This document shows, in pieces, positions 54,232 to 64,000 of a stretch of 64,000 nucleotides of DNA. The notes beneath the pieces are model-generated. The model worked only from the letters and a program-made list of their open reading frames with translations, had not been told where the DNA came from and ran no database searches. Both the position numbers and the translations under genes were made by a program. The stretch's first letter is position 1. Each line of letters opens with the position of its first letter. The stretch is from contig OZ024749.1 of the NCBI GenBank assembly GCA_964016885.1, positions 27,032,001 to 27,096,000 on the forward strand. Direction: 5' to 3'. Source of the stretch: Eledone cirrhosa. Its lineage: Eukaryota.

Positions 54232-55825
54232 TATATATATACTCTCTTACCTGTTCCAGCCATCCGGCTGAGACCATGCTGGGGCACCGCCCTTAAAAAA
54301 ATCTACTTGTCATATATAATATATATATATAAGTACATTGGAAATATGAATATATATAGCACTGTACACAATAATTTCATTATTATTATATATACTTTAT
54401 TAGATATATAAGTACACTGTATAGATAAATATATATATATAATTGTTTCTACTTTTGGCACAAGGCCAGCAATTCTTCCAATGTATTACTGATACTTTAT
54501 TTTATCGACCCCGTAAGGAGCGGAGGGAGAGAGATTATATATATATACATATATGTTTATATATATATATATACACACACACGAGCGCGCACAGGTAAAG
54601 GTAGAATAGTAGTAATGGTGGTGGGGGTGGGGAGGAGATGGCGATGGTCGTTGTTGTCGAGTTTTAAAGAAGGTGTGGACGTGTGAGCATCAGTAAAAAT
54701 AAGTATTGAGAGAGAATGGGTGAGAAGAATTGAAGGGATGAGAAAAGAGATGAAAGAGAAAGAGAGATACATAGCAGAAGCCGGTAGTACTGGTGGTGGT
54801 GGTGGTGGTGGTTGGTTGGTTGTGGAGACGGGGATGTTTGGGAGTAGAGAGAAAGAGATCAGGTATCATCGAATAGACGGACAGATAGAAGTAAATTCAA
54901 GTGCATAGGTATGTGTGTGTGTATATATACGCGTCTATATATGCGAGTAAATATTTAGTACATATGTATATATACATACATATGTATATATACACATACC
55001 TATATATATATATATATATGTATATATACCTATATATATATATATATATACATATGTGTGTGTGTGTGTGTATGTATATAAAGTTATATCTATATACATA
55101 TAGAGCAGTTAACACTAACTTCTTAATATATATATATATACACATACATACATATAAGAATATATGAGTGTCTGCGTGTACGTATACACATACCCACTGT
55201 ACTAGCTCAGGTACACATATACACCCTTAAATTACACGTGAGAAGATTTAGTTATGACTGTAAGTTGTTGAGAGAGCCAGCCTATATTGCAAAGACTGTA
55301 TCTACATGACAAATAGACGAATCCTAAAACTTTAGTTAATATAGTGTACACCAGTAATTTGACCCCTGCTTCTGTAGTTGACCCCCTGTATGTGCAGTTC
55401 TAAATCTAATTTTCTGCAATTCTAAATCTAATTTAGTGCAGTCAGCTTATTTTGTGTGTGAAATACTTCATACACTTACACAGTAAATGATGCTTTAAAT
55501 GATTTAAAACTCTCATAAAATGTTAAAAATAGCCATTACATTACTTTACAAATGATTCCAAGACTTGGTTATGGCACCTGCCTCAAAGACTTGTGTAGTT
55601 ATAAAGTTTCCTTAAAATAAAGCTTGATGTATATTTGTATATGTATCATGTAAAATTTTTAATTATATTATATTATAATATATCAGTTCTCATACCAGAT
55701 TGAGCACTGATTTCCTTTTCCACATCCACTGATATCTTACTATATATATCATCATTCATCATCATCATATATATATATATATTTATATATATATATATGT
55801 GTGTGTATATATATATGTATATATA

Positions 55826-56091
55826 TAGTCCAAGAAAAAAGAGTGCTCTATGTAGGTAACAGAGCTTAATAAGGCAATTATTCCATTTACCAGTGGTTTC
55901 TTAAAAGCAAAAGATTTTGCTTTCAATCCTCAGAATGAAAAAATCCTGGTCTGTTTATTGAATTTCAAATTCATTCCAAATTCAATAAACAGACCAGGAT
56001 TTTTTCATTCTGAGGATTGAAAGCAAAATCTTTTGCTTTTAAGAAACCACTGGTAAATGGAATAATTGCCTTATGTTGTTTATTACATAAA
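55826..56091 (+). mobile_element. Family F3 fold-back element
   Basis: Same leader GTCCA.GAAAAAAGAGTGCTCTATGTAGGT as 48600; arms of about 97 bp at 55869-55965 and 55978-56073. Confidence 0.75.
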
Positions 56092-56111
56092 TATATATAT
56101 ATATATCATCA

Positions 56112-58055
56112 TCATTCGTCGACTACTATCGAGATGACGGATCTCACTCTCATGCCCCAGAATTCCCTGTCCCCCATCGCTGCCCCCAGGTCCTGTCTAC
56201 TGATTCCCGCATCCCTAGAGATAACGTCAGGGAATGACAGCTTCCTACTCCTAGTCAGGCCGGAGTCAGGGTTCCAGAGCAAGAGAGCGGATATGATTTC
56301 ATTGCTGGCACGGTGACAGTGGCCAGCAAATTGAGCTCTCCGGGATTTTAGAAGGGCAGAGGCTCGAGGGAGTTTGCCATAGATTTTAGACAAGGTGGGA
56401 TGTCGTTTCCAGGATAGGTTTTGCACTCTCATTAAGAGGCGGGTATATGTGCCATCCAATCTCCTCTCAAGTTGTGATGTTAGTGTCCAAGTTTCGGATC
56501 CATAAAGTAATATGGGCTTAATGGTTGCTTGGAATATTTCCAGTTTTAGCTTGTTGGTAAGTTGAGATGTCCATATGGCGTGCATGTCATTGCACGCTGA
56601 CCATGCCATACCTTTCCTGGTTAGAAAATCTTTTTTGGAGGAGGAGATATATGAGCCAAGATACTTGTAATCTTCCACCTGCTTAAGGGTGGTACCATTA
56701 AGGGTTCTGATGGGGTAGTTTGGGCTGTTTGCGCATCTGTTCACACACTCAGTCTTGGATTCGTTGAGGTACAGTCCAACACAGATGGACGCTTGCTCTA
56801 ATGACTTCAAAAGACTCTCAGCATTTTCCAGTGACCGACTAATCAATGCGATGTCGTCAGCAAAGTCGGTGTCGGTCAAGTATTTTTCTGGGTAGCGTGA
56901 GCTTCTCCTAGGCTGTAGTTGGTATCCCCTATCCTGAATCCTATCCACAGACATGCGCAAAACATAATCCACAACAATGATAAATAGATATGGAGAAAGG
57001 GTATCGCCCTGTAAAATTCCAGCGAGGATTGAGAAAGGTGGTGTTTCCCCATCTGGGGTCAGGACAGTTGATTTGGTATCTGTATACATTACACGTATGG
57101 CCGCGATGATTTTATCAGGAATCCCATAGAGTTGTAGAATTTCAAACATCCCTGACCTGTCAACTGAGTCGAAGGCTTTTGAAAAATCAACAAAGATGAG
57201 TGCAAGGTCTAGATTGCGGTTTTGGGACTCCTCTATAAGTCGGCGAAGGCAGAGAATCTGGCTAAGTGTTGATCTACCTCTCCTAAATCCATTCTGGTTG
57301 TTACGAAGGATTGGCTCAAGAAATGGGATTAAGCGGTTAAGAAGAAGCTTGTTGTATATTTTTGCAGCAATTGCCATGAGAGAAATTCCTCTATAGTTGG
57401 TGGCTAAAGAAAGATCTCCTTTTTTGGGCATGGGGATAATTTGAGCTGCATGCCAGACGGTAGGTGGTTTATTGGTCTCGAAAGTATGGTTACATAAGTT
57501 GAGCAAAAGGATGTGGAAATGCTCATCCTTCCAAATCAGGGTAGGTATATTATCCGGCCCAAAGGCTTTTGAGGCTTTGAGCTGTTTGATGGCTTCTTTG
57601 AGCTCAGGCATGGTGAAAGGAGAGGTGTTGATTCCTAAAGGCTCTGAAACCTGAACGGATGGCAGTTGATAGTTATCAGAGAGTCTGGCCTTTTTCCCTA
57701 GAAGGTTTTTAAAATGAGCAGACCAATTTTCAAGATGTTTTTTGGCAGAGCCTCCTTTGATTCTAACTGCAGAGTCTCCTTTGATTCTAACTGCAGAGTT
57801 TGAGTTTTTGCCTGAAAGATCTTTGACAACCTTCCAAGCAAGATGATGGTGTTTGCTGATGTGATGTTGCGATAGCTGATCAATCCTACCTGAGATATAG
57901 TCGGCTTCAGCATTAAGATAAGCGTCGTCTAGTGATTTTTTGGCCATGATAAGCTGTATCTTTTTCCCTTGAGATGGTGATTGATGGTGAGATTGGGATA
58001 TTGACCTAAGATGGGCCCTTGCCTCAACTACCTTCTCTGAGGCACTAGGTTTCAT
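56112..58055 (-). CDS. Non-LTR retrotransposon reverse transcriptase (RTE-group-like), 5'-truncated and lacking the endonuclease; 647 codons with no stops
   Basis: KAFGPDNIP, NYRGISL, QNGFRRGRST, FVDFSKAFDSV, GILQGDTLSPYLF, DFADDIAL, YKYLGS, LLYGSETW, FAGHC; (TGA)n tail then (TA)n; the 5' end abuts (TA)n. Confidence 0.93.
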   Translation of the reverse strand: MKPSASEKVVEARAHLRSISQSHHQSPSQGKKIQLIMAKKSLDDAYLNAEADYISGRIDQLSQHHISKHHHLAWKVVKDLSGKNSNSAVRIKGDSAVRIKGGSAKKHLENWSAHFKNLLGKKARLSDNYQLPSVQVSEPLGINTSPFTMPELKEAIKQLKASKAFGPDNIPTLIWKDEHFHILLLNLCNHTFETNKPPTVWHAAQIIPMPKKGDLSLATNYRGISLMAIAAKIYNKLLLNRLIPFLEPILRNNQNGFRRGRSTLSQILCLRRLIEESQNRNLDLALIFVDFSKAFDSVDRSGMFEILQLYGIPDKIIAAIRVMYTDTKSTVLTPDGETPPFSILAGILQGDTLSPYLFIIVVDYVLRMSVDRIQDRGYQLQPRRSSRYPEKYLTDTDFADDIALISRSLENAESLLKSLEQASICVGLYLNESKTECVNRCANSPNYPIRTLNGTTLKQVEDYKYLGSYISSSKKDFLTRKGMAWSACNDMHAIWTSQLTNKLKLEIFQATIKPILLYGSETWTLTSQLERRLDGTYTRLLMRVQNLSWKRHPTLSKIYGKLPRASALLKSRRAQFAGHCHRASNEIISALLLWNPDSGLTRSRKLSFPDVISRDAGISRQDLGAAMGDREFWGMRVRSVISIVVDE

Positions 58056-58089
58056 ATATATATATGTGTGTGTGTGTATATATATATGT

Positions 58090-58497
58090 AGGGAGAGATG
58101 ACCCCTTAGCCTTTGTCAAGGCAGAATTCTAGGAGAAGGAAAACTCTGATATAGCACCTGCAACCCTGATGGTATCCAATGATGTTGACTTGTTCTTCTT
58201 TTTGGTAAATATCATCTTGGTTAAGAGAGTGGGACTGGCTTTGTGCAGTGCCTTTGCTCACTATAAAAGCTTCACGGCACAGGCATTGCTTTATATCTGG
58301 AGATCTCTCTGCACTTGTCATCACAGGGTACAATGGGCCCAGCACTATGTGTCAATAATTGTCACAAGTGTAGTGTTTGTACCAAAGTTTTCAAGTTGCT
58401 GGCTGGACTAAAAAGTCACACTCGTTCAGCACATCAGTAGGGGTTCTCCTACATGGATATAAAGTAGTGGCCGTACTCGAAAACGAGTTGGCAGCCA
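58090..58497. mobile_element. Second copy of the chimeric RTE-5'UTR-like repeat
   Basis: Near-identical to 27273-27673, including the inversion junction. Confidence 0.7.
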
Positions 58498-58569
58498 CCC
58501 TATATATATATATGTATATATATATGTATATATATATATGTATATATATATGTATATATATATATATGT

Positions 58570-58677
58570 ATTTATGTAATAAACAACATAAGGCAATTAT
58601 TCCATTTACCAGTGGTTTCTTAAAAGCAAAAGATTTTGCTTTCAATCCTCAGAATGAAAAAATTCTGGTCTGTTTAT
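58570..58677 (+). mobile_element. Solo arm of family F3
   Basis: Reverse complement of about 55985-56091, with about one mismatch. Confidence 0.75.
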
Positions 58678-58830
58678 AGAAGAGGAAGACCAAGGTTAAC
58701 GTATGTTGATGCCCTAAGGACAGACACTGGTCTGTTGGAGATGCAGGACATGGCAGTGATAATGAGGGACAGAGACCGCTGAAGAGAACTCGTCCATGGA
58801 TCTCGGGAATTTTACCCGCCTTAGATAGAT
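58678..58830 (+). mobile_element. LINE 3'-end fragment with (TAGA)n tail
   Basis: [31 protein letters not shown]. Confidence 0.7.
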
Positions 58831-58892
58831 ATGTATATATATATAAGTATATATGTATATATATATATAAGTATATATATATATATATATAA

Positions 58893-58946
<54 letters not shown>

Positions 58947-58948
<2 letters not shown>

Positions 58949-59062
58949 CGAAGGAGGTGTGGTAAGGAACCAGATGGACCAGAGTACTCAATACTTAAGG
59001 TAGTAGAGTGGGTAATAGGAAAATGTTTAACCCCGACGGCAGAGCTCAAGCCGTTTCGAAAC
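58947..59062 (+). mobile_element. Family F2 element without the fold-back arm
   Basis: GGTGTGGTAAGGAACCAGATGGACC..CCCCGACGGCAGAGCTCAAGCCGTTTCG, between (TA)n tracts. Confidence 0.7.
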
Positions 59063-59064
59063 GT

Positions 59065-59095
<31 letters not shown>

Positions 59096-59097
59096 CA

Positions 59098-59142
<45 letters not shown>

Positions 59143-59204
59143 ATATCATCATCATTTTACGTTCGCTTTTCCCTGCTTGCAAGGGTATATATATATATAT
59201 ATAC

Positions 59205-61052
59205 GTATCATCATTAACTGCTACAAGGGTAAAGGGGATGCTCTAGATAGGGGAAACTATAGAGGCATTAAGTTAGTTGACCAGATCATGAAGGTCACAG
59301 AAAGAGTTATAGCGCAACTAATCAGAGAGCGAATTGATCTAGATGAAATGCAGTTTCGGTTTGTGTCAGGTAAAAGTACCACAGACGCTCTTTTCCTTGC
59401 ACGACAACTACAAGAGAAGTACCTAGCTAAAAGTAAACCCCTCTACTTAGCTTTTGTAGACCTGGAGAAAGCTTTTGACAGAGTCCCCTGCTCCATTATC
59501 TGGTGGGCTCTTAGAAAACTAGGTGTAGATGAATGGCTTGTGAGAGCTATACAAGCTATGTATAATGAAACAGTCAGTAAGGTTAGAATTAACAATGAAT
59601 ATTGTGAAGAATTTAGTGGAAAAGTTGGCGTTCATCAAGGCTCTGTCCTTAGCCCCCTCCTATTTATAATTGTCCTTCAGGCTATAACAGAGGAGTTCAA
59701 GACCGGCTGCCCATGGGAACTCCTATATGCAGATGATCTAACGCTCATAGCTGAATCAATGGCTGAACTAGAAAAGAAATTCGAAACATGGAAGCATGGC
59801 CTAGAATCAAAAGGCCTTAAAGTTAACTTGTCTAAGACAAGTTTGTAGAAAGGAAAATAGGGCACAGGTGCCCTCAGGGAAATGGCCATGCTCAGTGTGT
59901 AGGAAAGGAGTAGGCAGAAATTCCATTTTATGTCCCAAATGCAAAGTATGGGTACATAAAAGATGTAGTGGGATCACAGGTAAACTATCTAAGAACGTAG
60001 ACTTTATATGTGGCCAATGCTCAGGTGCAATAAGTAGCAAGTGTCCAAAGGATGCTAGCTCCTTCTATTGCCTAGATGATTCTATAGAAATAGTAGACAC
60101 TTTCCATTACCTGGGTGACGAAATCAACAGTGGTGGAGGGTGTTCTGAAAGTACAGTAGCCAGAGTCAGAACGGGATGGAAAAAGTTCAGAGAGCTTATA
60201 CCGCTGTTGGCCACAAAAGGTTTCTCTCTAAAAATGAAAGGCAGATTGTATGATGCCTGTATACGAACAGCAATGCTACATGGCAGTGAGACATGGGCAT
60301 TACGTGCAGAGGACCTGCGTAGACTGGAAAGGAACGAAGCATGCATACTCCGTTGGATGTGTAATAGTAATATACGTGAATGGCAAAGCATAAATGAACT
60401 AAGTGAGAAATTAAGAATAAGAGGGATCAGATGCTGTTTACTTGAGAGAAGACTACGTTGGTATGGTCACGTGATGCGCATGAAAGAAGACAGCTGCATA
60501 AAAAAGTGCAGGGCGATCAAAATTGATGGTAGTTACGGAGTAGGTAGACCCAGAAAAACCTGGGATGATCTGATAAATTCCAACCTCACACACTTACATC
60601 TCTCTAAGACAATGTCTCTGGACCGAGATCTTTGGCGCTACGCGGTAATACAGAAGACCTGCCTTGCCTATGTACAAAGCGAAACCTACAGTCAGTAGGC
60701 ACCTCTTAACCAAATATACACCCCAATCCACTACCCCTACCCTATCCTCCCACTCCCACCAACAGCAAGAGAAAATGAGATCGAGATCGTGTAGGTGTTA
60801 CGACAAAAAAACACACAGTCCACGCTGTAATGTGGCCGTGTAGGTAACACGGTAAAAAGTTCCCAGTTCCACACTGTAAATGTGGTTGGTGTTAGGAAGG
60901 GCATCCAGCCGTAGAAAACCTGCCAGATAGTCCTATATGAGCGAGACACGGTCACCCGACCAGCCTTGCCTCAAGTGGGACAACTCCCGTCTAACCCCTG
61001 CTAGCGTGGAAAATGGACATTAAATGAAGATGATGATGATGATGATGATGAT
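59205..61052 (+). pseudogene. 5'-truncated RTE-A LINE: RT with internal PHD finger, one frameshift at about 59840, 3' UTR and (GAT)n tail
   Basis: NYRGIKL, FVDLEKAFDRV, GVHQGSVLSPLLF, LLYADDL, GLKVNLSKT, then CSVC-CPKC-HKRC-CGQC, FHYLGD, MLHGSETW, RLRWYGHV, GRPRKTW. Confidence 0.93.
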
Positions 61053-61514
61053 AATATATATATATAGAAGGAATAAGGGGCTGTGTGGTTACTTGATAAA
61101 GTGTATTTAGAAATAAAAGGAAAGCACAAACAAGGGACAGGTCCCCTAGTAGGAGAGACGGGGGCAGTGACAGTGGAAGTTTGGTCCTCTTGTGTTCGGA
61201 CCTGGTGTATATATGTATATATAATGAGTCTAAAAGCTGTTTCTTGTACAGTAAACTTATATTAGCTGGTGTTTGGAGTGTATCTTATATATATATATAA
61301 TAGTAATTTCCTGTTAATTAATCCATTATTAGTTTTCTGATTAAGGGTATAGATCAGTAAACACTTGTATAAGCAGTATTGAGCACTCAACGTCTATATA
61401 GCTTCACTGCTACGATATTATCAACGTAGGTGTATGTACAACGTAGTGTGGGTATAGTAATGAATTAGAAGATAGTATGTTAGAATTTCACCATATTCTA
61501 TTTATTACATAATC

Positions 61515-61577
61515 ACTGTTATTCGCATTTCGGTGGTACCTGTTATGTAATCATTAGATATGATCTCATCAGACAGT
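61515..61577 (-). ncRNA. Hammerhead-like motif with imperfect stem II
   Basis: Reverse complement ACTGT-CTGATGA-(34 nt)-GAAA-T(GCGA)A-TA|ACAGT: 5-bp stem I, core boxes and short stem III; the base of stem II is mismatched. Confidence 0.5.
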
Positions 61578-61859
61578 TTTTCACTTGCATAAACATTAGT
61601 GATGTAGGTTATGTGATATATCAGCCAATGGGCTTAGGTATTATTTCTTCACTGCTCAGCTGGCATATGGAGTTATCAAGAGATAAATTCCTTGTTTGCA
61701 TCACTTAGGGCATGGTTATTTTTTGGTCAATAGTCCTTGATTTGTGGCACCAGGTTAGGAAGGTAGTCATTCATTTCGGTATTTGGCACCACCATCTGAG
61801 AAGTATGTGCTTAATAACCAGAATTGCCCTAGGTGTGACCAATAATCAAAATCTGAAAA

Positions 61860-61922
61860 ACAATCTGAAGAGATCATGTCTGAGGATAACATAACAGATA
61901 CCACTGAAATGTCTATAACAGT
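61860..61922 (+). ncRNA. Degenerate paralogue of the 61515-61577 hammerhead-like motif
   Basis: CTGAAGA-GATCATGTCTG..CAGATACCACT-GAAA-TGTCTA-TA-ACAGT; homology extends to about 61978. Confidence 0.4.
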
Positions 61923-61972
61923 GGTAGTGGAAGAAATAGAGTGTGATGATATTTTAACATATTGCCTCCTAA

Positions 61973-62163
<191 letters not shown>

Positions 62164-62173
62164 GTGTGTGTGT

Positions 62174-62505
62174 GGAGGCATATGGGTTAGTGGTTAGAGC
62201 ATTGGCCTTGCAATCGAAAGGTTGTGAGTTCAACTCTCGGACCGGGTGATGTGTTGTTTCCTTGAGCAAGAGACTTTATTTCACATTGCTCCAGTTTACT
62301 CAGCTGTAGAAATGAGATGGTAGGGACTGAGGTCCATATCATTCCACTGGAAAGTGGTCGTGGAGGTGCCATAGCAAAAAAGCACCCAACACTCACTGTA
62401 AATGAGGTTGGTGTTAGGAAGGGCATCCAGCTGTAGAAATCAAGCCAGAATCAGTTTCCGTCCCACCCTTGCAAGCAGGGATAAGCGGACGTAAAATGAT
62501 GATGA

Positions 62506-62508
<3 letters not shown>
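62174..62508 (+). mobile_element. Full-length CORE-SINE family A
   Basis: A-box TGGGTTAGTGG, B-box GAGTTCAACTC, CORE, tail and (TGA)n. Confidence 0.92.
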
Positions 62509-62540
<32 letters not shown>

Positions 62541-62670
62541 AGTATGCATAAGTACATACATATAAACACACACACACGTGTGTACGTATGCATACTTACA
62601 TTTATGTAACAGCTGTGCTAGGGCGAGAAATAACATTCTAATTTCATACATACACATATATATATATACA

Positions 62671-62825
62671 TACAGGATGAGCATAAAGTGTTTCCCTGAT
62701 TATAAAATGTTTTACATTTTCTCTTCTTCAGAAAGTAGTTATAATTTTCAGTAACAAAACAGCATCATTGAAACAAAAGGCTCAGTGTGTTTTGTGGTTT
62801 CAAAGACTTCAGGCTCACCCTATGT
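62671..62825. mobile_element. Degenerate Tc1/mariner-type MITE
   Basis: TA-CAGGATGAGCATAAAGT..ACTTCAGGCTCACCCT-AT imperfect TIRs. Confidence 0.4.
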
Positions 62826-62837
62826 ATATATATATAT

Positions 62838-63106
62838 CATCATCATCACCGTTTTACGTTCGTTCTTCCACGCTACCATGGGTTAGATGGGTTGTCCTGT
62901 AGTGGGCAGTGTCCGGTCGGCTGACCTTGTCTTGCTCATATGGGAACTGATTCTGGCTTGATTTCTACAGCTGGATGCCCTTCCTAACACCAACCTCACT
63001 TACAGTGAGTGCTGGGTGCTTTTTTTCCGTGGCGCCTACACGTCCACTTTACAGTGTGGGCTGGGTGCTTTTTTGCCATAGCACCTCCACAACCACTTTG
63101 CAGTGG
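62838..63106 (-). mobile_element. SINE-A 3' half with duplicated module and a longer, RTE-A-like tail
   Basis: Homology to 39748-39955 plus GACAACCCATCTAACCCATGGTAGCGTGGAAG. Confidence 0.78.
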
Positions 63107-63166
63107 GAGGGTGTGGGGACATATTGTCTATATATATATATATATATATATATACAAGGTGAGCAT

Positions 63167-63270
63167 AACTAACTGTTGAAACGGTAAGAGTTCAGCCGTA
63201 AGGTCCCAACTCTTTATAATATAGCCATACTCTACTATGCTAAGTATCGAGTACTCTGTCGAGTAATGGT
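63167..63270 (-). mobile_element. Family F2 fragment, truncated at the MITE
   Basis: CTGTTGAAACGG..CAGCCGT..GGTCCCAA..CTCTACTA..GTATCGAGTACTCTG. Confidence 0.55.
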
Positions 63271-63274
63271 TTAA

Positions 63275-63558
63275 CCCTTTAGCATTTACATTACTATATA
63301 TATATATATATACCAGACCCATGCTAGCGTGGAAGATGGACGTTAAACGATGATGATGATGATGATATTATTGTAGTTTCATTGTAAAGGCTTTACCTCA
63401 CATGATATTCTCACATGATATCGAATCTATGAAATTTTGATATTATTTATTTTGAGAACAATACCTTAACATCAGTATAAGCAGCCAGTTACAGCCAGTT
63501 TGAATAGAGAGAGGTGAGAGAATTGTGGCCGGATACAGCCGGTTTAAATGCTAAAGTG
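63275..63558 (-). mobile_element. piggyBac-type MITE with a nested LINE tail (63312-63366)
   Basis: TTAA|CCCTTTAGCATTTA..TAAATGCTAAAGTG|TTAA. Confidence 0.83.
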
Positions 63559-63610
63559 TTAACCACTTTCAAACTGATTCTATTCTGATTTACATCTATA
63601 TATATATATA

Positions 63611-63758
63611 TCATCATCATCGTTTAACGTCTGTCTTCCACGCTAGCATGGGTTTAGACGGAATTGTCCCACTTGAGGCAAGATTGGTCGTCTTGCTCGT
63701 ATGGGACTATCTGGCAGGCTTTCTACGGCTGGACACCCTTCCTAACACCAACCACATT

Positions 63759-63761
<3 letters not shown>
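63611..63761 (-). mobile_element. RTE-A 3' UTR fragment within (TA)n
   Basis: Reverse complement matches 60876-61050. Confidence 0.82.
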
Positions 63762-63788
<27 letters not shown>

Positions 63789-63792
<4 letters not shown>

Positions 63793-64000
63793 AACGAGTA
63801 GGACCCCGACGGCTGAGCTCAAGCCGTTTCGACGGCTAATTCTTTTTTTTTTTTTTTTTTAGTCCAGAATTAGCCGTCGAAACGGCTTGAGCTCAGCCGT
63901 CGGGGTCCTACTCGTTCCTATTACCCACTCTACTACCCTAAGTATTGAGTACTTTGGTGCGTTATGGTCCACCTGGTTCCTTACCACATTTCCTTCGTTA
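63789..64000 (-). mobile_element. Family F2 element with a perfect 55-bp fold-back and poly-T loop
   Basis: 63789-63843 is the exact reverse complement of 63866-63920. Confidence 0.8.

Noticed and set aside
62174-62245. tRNA gene
   Set aside because: A and B boxes are present but there is no acceptor stem; it is the head of a multi-copy SINE.

Overview
Eukaryotic, AT-rich, extremely repeat-dense DNA with no prokaryotic gene organisation. The SINE families (tRNA head plus CORE-like or Meta/MESC-like domain), the RTE-type LINE fragments and the abundant (TA)n/(CA)n/(GGT)n tracts resemble an octopus or other coleoid cephalopod genome; this is an inference from recalled repeat families, not a database hit. 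Almost all listed ORFs are microsatellite or minisatellite artefacts. The genuine coding remnants are non-LTR retrotransposon reverse transcriptases: a stop-free 647-aa 5'-truncated RT on the minus strand, an RTE copy with a PHD finger inside the RT, and several RTE and CR1 3' fragments. The window also holds piggyBac-type (TTAA) and Tc1/mariner-type MITEs, about ten distinct minisatellites and a few unconfirmed candidate exons. The most notable signals are (i) minimal type I hammerhead ribozyme motifs (one apparently intact, three degenerate) in short segments ending in (TA)n, typical of Penelope-like element pseudo-LTRs or retrozymes, and (ii) several families of small (TA)n-embedded elements ending in copy-specific fold-back hairpins. 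Coordinates were read by eye and are accurate to a few bases.
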